From NCBI RefSeq assembly GCF_000829905.1, contig NZ_CDPP01000004.1, forward strand, positions 1-24,000: DNA of 24,000 nt, given 5' to 3'. The translations under genes were made by a program, and so were the position numbers. The notes under the pieces were generated by a model. The model was not told the DNA's origin. It saw only the letters and a list, made by a program, of their open reading frames with translations, and searched no databases. Of this stretch, positions 1-9,203 are shown piece by piece (position 1 is the stretch's first letter; each line of letters starts with the position of its first letter). This DNA comes from Beduini massiliensis (GTDB lineage: Bacteria; Bacillota_I; Bacilli_A; Erysipelotrichales; Coprobacillaceae).

Positions 1-127
<127 letters not shown>

Positions 128-281
128 CTTTATATCATCAATCTGTTTTTCTTTGACTCTTTTGTCTTCTGACTTTTGTTTCTTTTTTTCTTCTCAATTT
201 TCTTTCTTTCGATCGAAATTGTTTGACGTGTTCTGTTCAGTTTTCAATGGTCTCCGCGGCCCTTGATCGGACTGCCTGTTT

Positions 282-310
282 ATATTACCACGTCCTTCCT
301 CTCTTGACAA
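282..310 (-). promoter_or_regulatory. sigma-A-type promoter for the rRNA operon: TTGTCA (plus 305-310), 17 nt spacer, TAATAT (plus 282-287)
   Basis: Near-consensus hexamers with 17-nt spacing about 150 nt upstream of the 16S 5' end. The leader contains 'CATTGAAAACTGAAC', which resembles Firmicutes rrn leaders. An A-rich tract lies directly upstream of the -35. Confidence 0.75.
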
Positions 311-405
311 GTCTTTTCTTTCTTTTTTTTACTTTTTTTGTATTTTTGTCAAGTTCTGTGGTAATCCTCCTATATTATTATCCATTATAATTTTTTTATA
401 CAAAA

Positions 406-432
406 AAATATCTGAAAATTTTTCAGATATTT
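406..432 (-). terminator. intrinsic terminator after dtd
   Basis: Minus strand AAATATCTGA..TCAGATATTT inverted repeat followed by TTTTTTTG, overlapping the dtd stop codon. Confidence 0.75.
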
Positions 433-880
433 ATAGAATCTCATTTGAATCTAAAATAATAGTAACGGGTCCATCATTTAGAAGTTCGATTTTCATGTCA
501 GCCCCAAAAATTCCGGTTTCCACTTTCACTCCTTGATTTTTAATATATGTATTGAAGTGATCGTAAAGCAAGACAGCTGTTTCTCCCTTAGCCGCCTGAA
601 TAAAGCTTGGACGCCTTCCTTTTTTGCAGTCCGCATATAAAGTAAATTGTGAAATTGATAAAATAGCCCCCTTTACATCTTCTAATGCCAGATTCATTTT
701 ATCCTCATGGTCACTAAACACACGCAGACCAATCATTTTATTTGCCATTTTTTCAACAATTTCAAAGGTATCACTTGAGGTAAATCCTACCAAAGCCAAA
801 TAACCTTGATCGATTCGTCCGACAATTTCACCCTCCACCTTTACTTGAGCATAGGTAACTCTTTGCAATACTATTTTCAT
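431..880 (-). CDS. dtd: D-aminoacyl-tRNA deacylase
   Basis: 149-aa ORF; MKIVLQRVTYAQVKVEGEIVGRIDQGYLALVGF, SQFTLYADCKKGRRPSF and NDGPVTIIL are characteristic Dtd motifs. Confidence 0.96.
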   Translation of the reverse strand: MKIVLQRVTYAQVKVEGEIVGRIDQGYLALVGFTSSDTFEIVEKMANKMIGLRVFSDHEDKMNLALEDVKGAILSISQFTLYADCKKGRRPSFIQAAKGETAVLLYDHFNTYIKNQGVKVETGIFGADMKIELLNDGPVTIILDSNEIL

Positions 881-2100
881 ACAAGCTCCTTTATTCGCAC
901 CAATTTATCGATTTGTTTGCCTTCTTCATGCCATTGTGGTTTCACAAAACTGCACACCTTTTCATCTAGTCCCTGCTGATATAGTGATTTTAACGTTTCT
1001 AAGGAAATCTGTGTTTCATCAAAATAGACCACGACTAAAACCTGATGATGATAACGATGAGTACGAAGTTCAAACATCGTCGGATTTTCTTTTTCTCCCT
1101 GACAATATCCAAACCAATAGTCTAGGATCCCTGGATGCTTAAAGTAACTTAAATCCTGGAAAGCATAATTAAAAGCAATATAGCGATAATGCTCTCCTTT
1201 TTCCACATAATTTAAAGCTGCCTGTACTGTTTGGTCAAAATCTTCTAAATTTACATCTATCCAATGGATATCCATCTGATTTCTAAACCAAGTGTATTGT
1301 CTTTTTGCGTAACGGCGGGAATTTTGTTTAATCTTTTCCAAGGTTTCTATTAAACTGACATTTTGATTAAAATAATCAAACCATTCTTTATACCCAATCG
1401 CTTTCATGCTTTGATGCTCCGGAAGGGCACCGAGATGTATCATGTGCGTCACTTCTTCGATCAATCCCTGCTTTACCATAAGATCAACACGCTGATTAAT
1501 CCGCTCGTAAAGAAGCGAACGCGGCAGTGTCAGCCCGATAAAGCGTACGTTATATAAACAGACATGCTGTTGTGAGGATAAATGCTCGCTTTTGCTTTTA
1601 CCGCTATGTTCAAAAATCTGCAAGGCACGCAGTACTCTTCTGCGGTTATTAGGATGAATTTTTTTGGCACTGAGCGAATCAACTTGAGCTAAGCGATGAT
1701 GCAGTTCTTCATTCGTCATATTCGGTTCAGGATCACTAAAAGGCTCCGTCTCTTCTTGAAAGGTATAGTCATACAATGCAGCTTTAATATAAAGTCCGGT
1801 TCCTCCGACAATAATCGGAACATGATGACGTTTTTGAATCGTTTGAATGCAGTCTCTGACATTCTGCTGAAATTCTTTGACAGAATAGTCCTCATCAAAA
1901 TTTTTAATATCAATCAGATGATGAGGCACTCCCTGCATCTCTTCTTTTGTTACTTTAGCTGTCCCAATATCCATTTGACGATAAATCTGCATGGAATCTC
2001 CGCTAATAATCTCTCCGTTAAGCTTCAGTGCTAATTCAACACTTAACTTTGTCTTTCCTACCGCTGTCGGTCCAACAATGACAATGACCTGATCAGTCAT
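877..2100 (-). CDS. miaA: tRNA dimethylallyltransferase with a C-terminal extension of about 106 aa
   Basis: VIVIVGPTAVGKTKLSVELA P-loop, GDSMQIYRQMDIGTAK, GGTGLYIKA, RRYAKRQYTWFRNQ. The track ORF starts at 2151, but the IPTase homology starts at the ATG at 2100 (MTDQVIVIVGPTAVGKT), which overlaps the stop of the upstream gene by 8 nt; 2100 is the likely start. Confidence 0.93.
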   Translation of the reverse strand: MTDQVIVIVGPTAVGKTKLSVELALKLNGEIISGDSMQIYRQMDIGTAKVTKEEMQGVPHHLIDIKNFDEDYSVKEFQQNVRDCIQTIQKRHHVPIIVGGTGLYIKAALYDYTFQEETEPFSDPEPNMTNEELHHRLAQVDSLSAKKIHPNNRRRVLRALQIFEHSGKSKSEHLSSQQHVCLYNVRFIGLTLPRSLLYERINQRVDLMVKQGLIEEVTHMIHLGALPEHQSMKAIGYKEWFDYFNQNVSLIETLEKIKQNSRRYAKRQYTWFRNQMDIHWIDVNLEDFDQTVQAALNYVEKGEHYRYIAFNYAFQDLSYFKHPGILDYWFGYCQGEKENPTMFELRTHRYHHQVLVVVYFDETQISLETLKSLYQQGLDEKVCSFVKPQWHEEGKQIDKLVRIKELV

Positions 2101-2443
2101 TTTTAATGCCCACAATCCCCGACATGACAGAAATACAAACAGAAGTGACAATCATCATAAAGAACGAACTGATATAAAAATCAGGCGCTAAAATCATTGT
2201 CGCTAACTTTAAGATAAATCCATTGACAATCAACTGAAAGATTCCCAATGTCATTAAAGTAATCGGAAAAGCTAAAATCGTTAAAATTGGTTTAATTAGT
2301 TTGTTTAAGATTGCCAGCACTACCGCAACTAATAAAGCTACTGTAAAATCTTTAACGTAGACACTATCAAACATATAACTGATAATCATAATGATAATAG
2401 CCCCTAACACAAATTCTAATATGGTTTCAATAATAGATTTCAA
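2093..2443 (-). CDS. small multi-pass membrane protein, YvlD / 'phage holin family 4'-like
   Basis: 116 aa with hydrophobic helices and the segment NKLIKPILTILAFPITLMTLGIFQLIVNGFILKLA, typical of the YvlD/holin-4-like family. Adjacent to the mutL start and overlapping the miaA start. Confidence 0.75.
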   Translation of the reverse strand: MKSIIETILEFVLGAIIIMIISYMFDSVYVKDFTVALLVAVVLAILNKLIKPILTILAFPITLMTLGIFQLIVNGFILKLATMILAPDFYISSFFMMIVTSVCISVMSGIVGIKND

Positions 2444-4243
2444 TTATACCACCCTCTTAAATAATTTTTCTAATTCATAGGCTGAATAAAAAATAACAGC
2501 CGGACGTCCATGCGGACATACATAAGGATTATCACAGCGCATTAAGTCATCCAAAATCGTCTGCATATCCTGTGTTGTCAGATATGTATTCGCTTTTAAC
2601 GAAGCTTTACAGCTCAAGGTTGCGACTGCATGTTCTTGAAGACTTGGCAGATCTATCTTATTCATCGTTAAAATCTGTTCCAACATATCCTCAATATATT
2701 TCTTTTCATCTATATTATTCATCCAAATCGGTAATTTTTTCACCGTAAAACTACTATTTCCAAATTCAATCAGTTCAATTCCTACTTTTAATAAAGCATC
2801 TTTTTTTTCTTTTAAGATTATAAATTCACTCATCGGAAATTCAAACACGAGCGGAATCAGCAAATCCTGATAAATTGGAACAAACGTTTCAAACTTACGT
2901 TTATAATACTCATAGTTAACACGCTCTTTTGCTGCATGCTGATCGATCAGATAAAGTCCCTCCTGATTTTCACCTACAATATAGCTTCCGTGGATCTGCG
3001 TTTTTGCATAAATTTTTTTCTTGATCGGTCTTGGTGCTTCTTCTTGATAGACCGACTGTGTCTCTTTAACGATCAACGGTTCTGTCGTATCTTCGGCAGC
3101 CGTTTCAACATGATGATTAACATAAACCGGGATTTCTTTTGCCAGATCCATTTTTTCTTCTGTCTTTAATACTTCTGTCTCTAAATCAAAAGACGGCTGA
3201 GCAAAAGGTTTATTAAACGTTTCTTTTTCAGTTTCCTTATTTTTTGGCTGATAAAGCAGATCATTTTCTTTTAAAGCTTCTTTAACGCCGTTATATACCA
3301 ACTCTTTTAATTGTCCTTCTTTAGAAAAACGCACTTCCATCTTAGCCGGATGAACATTGACATCCACTAAATACGGATCAATTTCAATATTAATAAACGC
3401 AATGGGATAGCGATCAGACGCTAAATAATCACGATAAGCTAAATTGACTGCATCGATCGTCATCAGATTACGCACAACCCTTTGATTAATTAAAGTAATG
3501 ATGTTGGCTTTTGATGCTCTTGATGTATCAATTTTAGATATGTAGCCGCTGATGGAGAACTCTTCATCACAAAACTCCACCTTAATCATATTCTTAGCGA
3601 CTCCTAATCCATAGATTTGCCCAATCACTTCAATCAGCTGACCATTGCCACTGGTTCTAAAAATCAATCGGTCCTGATGATATAAAGAAAACGCAATCTG
3701 CGGATTCGCCAAGGCAAACTTTTCAACAAAACCTTGAATATGTGAAAACTCTGAATTGACACTTTTCAAATATTTTAAACGTGCCGGCACATTATGAAAT
3801 AATTTACTGACTGTGATAGTGGTTCCTTTTTTCGCATCCGTTTCGCCTTCTTCTTTTAACTCGCCAAAATCATAAAAGGCACGATATCCTTGCATTCCCT
3901 GTGAAGTTTTTAATTCAAATTGTGAAATGGAAGCAATGGAAGGGATGGCTTCACCACGAAATCCTAAGGTAGTGATATTAAATAAATCAAAATCATCCTT
4001 AATCTTGCTGGTGGCATGCGTCTTTATACACATACGTGCATCGATGGCATCCATTCCATCCCCATCATCAATGACTTTAATCAGCTGCATGCCTCCTTCT
4101 TCAATATAAATTGAAATTGAACGTGCAGATGCATCAATACTATTTTCTACCAGCTCTTTAACAACATTGGCTGGACGTTCAATCACTTCTCCGGCAGCAA
4201 TTTTATTTGCCAGCTGCTTATCTAATTGTCTGATAATTCCCAT
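2444..4243 (-). CDS. mutL: DNA mismatch repair protein MutL (endonuclease-type)
   Basis: 599 aa; IAAGEVIERPANVVKELVENSIDA, TLGFRGEAIPSI, C-terminal DQHAAKERVNYE and CPHGRP. Confidence 0.98.
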   Translation of the reverse strand: MGIIRQLDKQLANKIAAGEVIERPANVVKELVENSIDASARSISIYIEEGGMQLIKVIDDGDGMDAIDARMCIKTHATSKIKDDFDLFNITTLGFRGEAIPSIASISQFELKTSQGMQGYRAFYDFGELKEEGETDAKKGTTITVSKLFHNVPARLKYLKSVNSEFSHIQGFVEKFALANPQIAFSLYHQDRLIFRTSGNGQLIEVIGQIYGLGVAKNMIKVEFCDEEFSISGYISKIDTSRASKANIITLINQRVVRNLMTIDAVNLAYRDYLASDRYPIAFINIEIDPYLVDVNVHPAKMEVRFSKEGQLKELVYNGVKEALKENDLLYQPKNKETEKETFNKPFAQPSFDLETEVLKTEEKMDLAKEIPVYVNHHVETAAEDTTEPLIVKETQSVYQEEAPRPIKKKIYAKTQIHGSYIVGENQEGLYLIDQHAAKERVNYEYYKRKFETFVPIYQDLLIPLVFEFPMSEFIILKEKKDALLKVGIELIEFGNSSFTVKKLPIWMNNIDEKKYIEDMLEQILTMNKIDLPSLQEHAVATLSCKASLKANTYLTTQDMQTILDDLMRCDNPYVCPHGRPAVIFYSAYELEKLFKRVV

Positions 4244-4246
4244 ATA

Positions 4247-6769
4247 CTACCTCCCTGCCATATTTTTAAGTTCGATTAATGTTGATAATGCATCCAATGG
4301 TGATAAAGACATCGGATCAATCTTATCTAAATAAAGTTCTACCATTGATTTTTCTATAGTTTTTTCGGTCTTTTCAACAGCTTTTATTTCTACTGTATTA
4401 TTTTCTAAAGACATTAAAATGTCATTCGCTCTATAAAGCAGACTGTCTGGTAAATGTGCCAGCTTGGCAACATTGACCCCATAAGACTTATTGGCTTTCC
4501 CCGGTTTAACCTTATACAAGAAAATGATGTCATGTCCATCTTCGCTTACACTGGCATGGACATTTTTTATATTCCCTAAGGTGCTTTCCAGTTCCGTTAA
4601 TTCATGATAATGGGTTGAAAACAGTGTTAAACAATGGATTTTGTTGACAATATATTCGATGATTGCCTGTGCAATCGCCATTCCGTCATAAGTGGCGGTT
4701 CCTCGTCCGATTTCATCAAATACAATCAATGAATTCTCAGTTGCTCCTTGTAAAGCTTTATTGGCTTCCAACATTTCTACCATAAAGGTTGATTGTCCGC
4801 TGATGAGATCATCGCTTGCCCCAATGCGGGTAAAGATCTTATCCACGATGGGCAGATTCGCTGACGCCGCACAAACATAACAGCCGATTTGCGCCATGAT
4901 GATCGTTAAAGTAATTTGTCGCATATAGGTCGATTTACCGCCCATATTCGGTCCTGTAATCATTAAGACATGACTGGACTGATCCATATAGATATCATTT
5001 TCTACATAACGCTGTTTTTTCATGACTTCGTTAATCACTGCATGCTTTCCTTCACTGATATCAATCACATGGTCATGATTAAAGGTCGGACGAACATAAC
5101 CATTTTGGCTCGAAACAACCGCCAAAGATTGATAAGCATCGATTTTCGCAATAGCGCCGGCGACTTGCTGTATTTTTGACACGACTTTTCTTAATTCATC
5201 TCTCAGTTCTGTAAATAACTGATATTCAAGTTTTGTGATTTTATCTTCGGCACTGAGAATCTTATTTTCCATCTCTTTAAGTTCCGGTGTAATGAAACGT
5301 TCAGCATTGGCTAAACTTTGTTTTCGTGTATATAAAAATTCATCTTTAATTTGTGACAAGTAACTCTTCGTTACCTCTATGTAATAACCAAACACACGAT
5401 TATATCCGATTTTTAAGTTTTTGATTCCGGTGCGTTCTTTTTCTTTTGCTTCAAATTCCAATATCCATTGTTTGCCATGATCTCTGGCATCTGTAAACTC
5501 ATCTAACAAAGCGCTGTATCCACTGCGAATTAAGCCACCGTCTTTTAAATTAATAGGCGGATTGTCTACTAAAGCACGATCAATTAAATCCGTAGTCTCT
5601 GAAAGATCCACTAAATCCACTAACAGCTCATTTGTCAGCGGATGATTCAATGCCTGCAGCTGATTTCGTAATTCAGGAATCACTTTTAAAGAGGTTCCGA
5701 TCCACTTGATATCACGGGGATTTACATTCCCATAAGCGACACGAGCGGCTAATCGTTCCAGATCATAAACATCTTTCAGAATTTCTTTCAAAGATTCTCT
5801 TTCCAAATAATTATCGATCAATAGTTCTACTAAATCCAATCGTTTTTCAATCGCTGTTTGTTCAATCAAAGGTTTATCGATCCATTGCTTTAACAAGCGT
5901 GATCCCATTGCACATTTTGTATGATCCAACAGCCAAAATAAACTTCCGTATTTTTCATTTTGACGAATCGTTGTCAATAATTCCAAACTGTTTTTGGTAA
6001 ACACATCCATGTTTAAATAATCTGTATTCTCGATCAATCGGACTTCCTGCAGATAAGGAAGTTCACGTTTTTGTGTTTCTACCAGATAATTAAATAAGAT
6101 CGACATGGTTTTGATCATTTTCATGTCACTAATCTGTTTAAATAATGGCTTATAGGCCTCTTTAAAATCACTATTGCTCGCAAAGGATATCAAAATATGA
6201 TAATTTTCCTGAAGTTTACGATGGTCAAGATTCACCTCATTTTCCAAAACCACTAATTCCTTTATATTATTAGAAAGCAAAGCATCAATGAGGGCTTCTT
6301 CATTTTTATCGATTGCCATCACACTTGTTTCACCTGTAGAAATATCGGCAAAACCTACAATACTGTTAAACTCATACGAAACATAGCAGGCAATGAAGTT
6401 ATTTTCTTTAAAGTTCATCGCATCTTCCATGACCGTTCCCGGCGTAATCACTTGAATAACTCCACGTTTTACGATCTTATCGACACCCGGTTGCGTCAAT
6501 TGTTCTACAATAGCAACTTTGTAGCCTTTATCAATTAAACGCTGTATGTACCCATTAACCGCATGGAAAGGGACTCCGCACATCGGTACTCTCTCCGCTG
6601 TTCCGGCATCCCTCCCGGTTAATGCAATTTCCAATACTTTAGATGCTGTTTTGGCATCTTCAAAAAACATCTCATAAAAATCGCCTAAACGAAACATCAC
6701 GATGGCGTCTTGGTATTGTTCTTTTATTTCTAAATACTGCATCATCATTGGCGTATATTTTTCTTTCAT
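4247..6769 (-). CDS. mutS: DNA mismatch repair protein MutS
   Basis: 840 aa; YTPMMMQYLEIKEQYQDAIVMFRLGDFYEMF, TGPNMGGKSTYMRQ Walker A, FDEIGRGTATYDG, ATHYHELTEL-like SLFSTHYHELTEL. Confidence 0.98.
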   Translation of the reverse strand: MKEKYTPMMMQYLEIKEQYQDAIVMFRLGDFYEMFFEDAKTASKVLEIALTGRDAGTAERVPMCGVPFHAVNGYIQRLIDKGYKVAIVEQLTQPGVDKIVKRGVIQVITPGTVMEDAMNFKENNFIACYVSYEFNSIVGFADISTGETSVMAIDKNEEALIDALLSNNIKELVVLENEVNLDHRKLQENYHILISFASNSDFKEAYKPLFKQISDMKMIKTMSILFNYLVETQKRELPYLQEVRLIENTDYLNMDVFTKNSLELLTTIRQNEKYGSLFWLLDHTKCAMGSRLLKQWIDKPLIEQTAIEKRLDLVELLIDNYLERESLKEILKDVYDLERLAARVAYGNVNPRDIKWIGTSLKVIPELRNQLQALNHPLTNELLVDLVDLSETTDLIDRALVDNPPINLKDGGLIRSGYSALLDEFTDARDHGKQWILEFEAKEKERTGIKNLKIGYNRVFGYYIEVTKSYLSQIKDEFLYTRKQSLANAERFITPELKEMENKILSAEDKITKLEYQLFTELRDELRKVVSKIQQVAGAIAKIDAYQSLAVVSSQNGYVRPTFNHDHVIDISEGKHAVINEVMKKQRYVENDIYMDQSSHVLMITGPNMGGKSTYMRQITLTIIMAQIGCYVCAASANLPIVDKIFTRIGASDDLISGQSTFMVEMLEANKALQGATENSLIVFDEIGRGTATYDGMAIAQAIIEYIVNKIHCLTLFSTHYHELTELESTLGNIKNVHASVSEDGHDIIFLYKVKPGKANKSYGVNVAKLAHLPDSLLYRANDILMSLENNTVEIKAVEKTEKTIEKSMVELYLDKIDPMSLSPLDALSTLIELKNMAGR

Positions 6770-6817
6770 TTAACCACATCCTTGCTTCATATTATACCAT
6801 AATTTTTCATCTGAATG

Positions 6818-7297
6818 CTACTTAATAAAATTCGGATCGATCTGATTGATGTCATCTCTCATCTCAATCTTGATCATCGTTTCTCCCAACACACTAATTT
6901 CCATTATTTTTTCTAGCTCAACTTCAATTTCTTTTTCTTCAATAACTGTAGCTTTGATACATTTTGGCTCCTGCAAGCAGGTACTGATCGTTTCATCGTT
7001 CTCATTAATCTCTTTTGGATCTAATTTTTCCGGAACAATTTCGTCACAGTAAGTAATCTTGCTAACAAAGACTTCACTTTTATTTTTGTCGTAGCTGTAC
7101 CATAAATGAACATCATAACTTCCAACGGAATATGTTTGGTTATCTCTGATCTTGGCCTGATGGTGATGATCCACGATCCAACACCCTAAGATCGAATCAC
7201 ATGTATTAGGTAAAGTGATCTTATATGTGGATAATGTCGTTTTCATCCCTTTGGCTAATAGTGCTTTGGTGTAAATCTCTCGAATCATATTAGACAT
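6818..7297 (-). CDS. cotE: outer spore coat morphogenetic protein CotE
   Basis: 159 aa; REIYTKALLAKGMKTTLSTYKI..SILGCWIVDHHH..GSYDVHLWYSYDKNKSEV resembles the CotE core (REIITKAVVAKGRK..SILGGWIINH..GYYDINVWYSY). It sits between mutS and ymcA as in Bacillus. Confidence 0.92.
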   Translation of the reverse strand: MSNMIREIYTKALLAKGMKTTLSTYKITLPNTCDSILGCWIVDHHHQAKIRDNQTYSVGSYDVHLWYSYDKNKSEVFVSKITYCDEIVPEKLDPKEINENDETISTCLQEPKCIKATVIEEKEIEVELEKIMEISVLGETMIKIEMRDDINQIDPNFIK

Positions 7298-7331
7298 CGT
7301 ATCCCTCCCTTAACACTATATGCGGTAAAAA

Positions 7332-7362
7332 TAAAATAAGACAATTCTTTTTTGTCTTATTT
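7332..7362 (-). terminator. intrinsic terminator after ricA/miaB, upstream of cotE
   Basis: Perfect 12-bp inverted repeat AAAATAAGACAA / TTGTCTTATTTT with a 7-nt loop, followed by a T-rich stretch on the minus strand. Confidence 0.6.
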
Positions 7363-7695
7363 TATCCCACCGTTAATATATTGATTGATATATTGCAGAT
7401 ATTCGTTAAGTGAATCTTTCGCTGCCAAATAATTCACCACTAGAGGATGAAGTTCATAGGCTTCCATTCGCTTTTGATATTCTGCTTTCAATTTTTCTAA
7501 GTGTTCATCTTCATGATAAGTCGCATTGACAATATCCTGCTGCATTAATTTTAATGCCTCTTCCTCTTTTTTCAATGCCTCATCTTCATGAATCTTTTGC
7601 TCATAAGCTAAATACTCCTGATAGATATCACTTTCTTTAATCGCTTTATTTAGTTTTAAAGCGATGTCTCTTGCATTATTCACAGATTTTACCAT
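7357..7695 (-). CDS. ricA: YlbF/YmcA family protein (RicA, Y-complex subunit)
   Basis: 112 aa helical protein ([52 protein letters not shown]..) located directly downstream of miaB and upstream of cotE, as ymcA is in Bacillus. It overlaps the miaB stop. Confidence 0.85.
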   Translation of the reverse strand: MVKSVNNARDIALKLNKAIKESDIYQEYLAYEQKIHEDEALKKEEEALKLMQQDIVNATYHEDEHLEKLKAEYQKRMEAYELHPLVVNYLAAKDSLNEYLQYINQYINGGIK

Positions 7696-9124
7696 TCAAT
7701 GACCAAGTTTTCGCATCTGTGATTTCGACTTCAACAATTTCACCGATATATTTTGGATCACCGGAGAAATTAACTAATTTCTGTGTATCTGTATATCCCA
7801 TCAACATATCATTTCCTTTTTTAGAATAACCTTCAACTAAAACTTTTACGATTTGTCCCAAATATTTTTTATTTTGAGCAAGAGAATATCGATTGACCGT
7901 TTCATTTAATCGCTGCAAACGTTCTTCTTTCACTTTTAAATCGATGTTGTCCTCCATTTTAGCGGCTGGTGTTCCCGCTCTTGGTGAATAAATAAATGTA
8001 TAGGCATTATCATATTGACAATATTCCACCATTTTTAAAGTATCTTCGAATTGTTCCGCTGTTTCATTAGGAAATCCCACAATAATATCAGTTGATACAC
8101 TGACATGTGGAATCTTCGCTTTGATTTTATCAAATAAAGCTTTATAAGAAGCCGCATTATATTTTCTTCCCATCAGCTTCAGCACTTCATCATTCCCAGA
8201 TTGAACCGGCAGATGAACAAACGGCATGATATTTTCGTATTTCGCAATAACATCGATCATTTCATCTGTAAAATCCCACGGATGAGACGTTGTAAAACGG
8301 ATTCTGTCTATCCCGGTTTTTGCCACATCACGCATCAAATCCGCAAAACTGTAAGCATCTTTGAAATCTTTTCCATAAGAATTGACATTCTGTCCCAGCA
8401 AAGTTATTTCTTTATATCCGGAAGCTTTCAATTCTTCTACTTCATGAAGAATATCCTTTGGCAGACGTGAGCGCTCTTTTCCTCTCGTGTACGGAACAAT
8501 ACAGTATGTACAGAATTTATCGCAGCCATACATAATATTTACCCATGCTTTTAATGGATTTTCTCTGGAAGCAGGGACATTTTCAACGATATCGCCTTCT
8601 TTAGACCAAACTTCTATGACCATTTCCTTCGACATCATCGCTTCATGCAGTAATTCCGGCAAACGATGAATATTATGGGTTCCAAAAATCAAATCGGTAT
8701 GAGGATGTTTCTGCAGCAGACGAGCAATAACCTCTTCTTCCTGTGCCATACAGCCACACATTCCAAAAATCATATCCGGACGGTCTCGCTTGATTCGTTT
8801 TAGATCCCCGATTTTACCGAACACTTTTAATTCAGCATTCTCACGGATCGCACATGTGTTTAATAACACAACATCTGCCTGATCCATCTCTTTTGTTTCC
8901 TGATATCCCATGCTTTCCAAAATCCCGCGCATCGTTTCACTGTCACGTTCATTTGCTTGGCAGCCATATGTTTTAATATAATAAGTTTTTCCTGCACCAA
9001 TGTTTTTCATCGTATCCGGAATAACAAATTCATCTTTCAATATTTTGACTTCTTCTTTTCCACGATGTTTCGCTTCTTTTAAAGAAGGTCCTTTAAAATA
9101 TTTTGTGTAATCTTTTTCCATCAT
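7676..9124 (-). CDS. miaB: tRNA-2-methylthio-N6-dimethylallyladenosine synthase MiaB
   Basis: 482 aa; [21 protein letters not shown], radical-SAM motif [23 protein letters not shown]-terminal TRAM-like domain. Start may be 9124 or 9121 (MMEKD). Confidence 0.97.
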   Translation of the reverse strand: MMEKDYTKYFKGPSLKEAKHRGKEEVKILKDEFVIPDTMKNIGAGKTYYIKTYGCQANERDSETMRGILESMGYQETKEMDQADVVLLNTCAIRENAELKVFGKIGDLKRIKRDRPDMIFGMCGCMAQEEEVIARLLQKHPHTDLIFGTHNIHRLPELLHEAMMSKEMVIEVWSKEGDIVENVPASRENPLKAWVNIMYGCDKFCTYCIVPYTRGKERSRLPKDILHEVEELKASGYKEITLLGQNVNSYGKDFKDAYSFADLMRDVAKTGIDRIRFTTSHPWDFTDEMIDVIAKYENIMPFVHLPVQSGNDEVLKLMGRKYNAASYKALFDKIKAKIPHVSVSTDIIVGFPNETAEQFEDTLKMVEYCQYDNAYTFIYSPRAGTPAAKMEDNIDLKVKEERLQRLNETVNRYSLAQNKKYLGQIVKVLVEGYSKKGNDMLMGYTDTQKLVNFSGDPKYIGEIVEVEITDAKTWSLNGKICE

Positions 9125-9172
9125 TTCACCACTTTCTTTAATGAGTATACACGAAGAAGATTATTTTTTCCA

Positions 9173-9200
9173 CAAAAAAATAAGGGACAAGCCCTTATTT
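9173..9200 (-). terminator. intrinsic terminator after the small ORF 9204..9431
   Basis: AAATAAGGG-loop-CCCTTATTT perfect 9-bp stem followed by TTTTTTT on the minus strand. Confidence 0.8.
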
Positions 9201-9203
9201 GAT

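Noticed and set aside
347-352. Second complete tandem rrn promoter
   Set aside because: TTGACA is perfect, but the sequence 16-18 nt downstream is an A-run without a plausible -10, so I only report it as a possible vestige.
936-1142. Plus-strand ORFs antisense to conserved genes (936-1142, 1363-1557, 1696-2034, 2936-3169, 3927-4109, 4692-4880, 4970-5179, 6643-6825, 6846-7052, 8201-8470, 8487-8669, 12414-12671, 13380-13619, 14212-14436, 16052-16276, 21459-21692, 23218-23457)
   Set aside because: They lie opposite well-conserved coding sequence or rnpB, have no convincing SD or family signature, and read like back-translated antisense sequence.
1716-1913. Same-strand alternate-frame ORF inside miaA
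   Set aside because: It is embedded in strongly supported miaA coding sequence and has no family signature.
2093-2443. 'Phage holin' gene as evidence of a prophage
   Set aside because: The holin-4/YvlD-like family is commonly chromosomal. There are no other phage genes, integrase or att-like repeats nearby, and the gene sits inside a housekeeping cluster.
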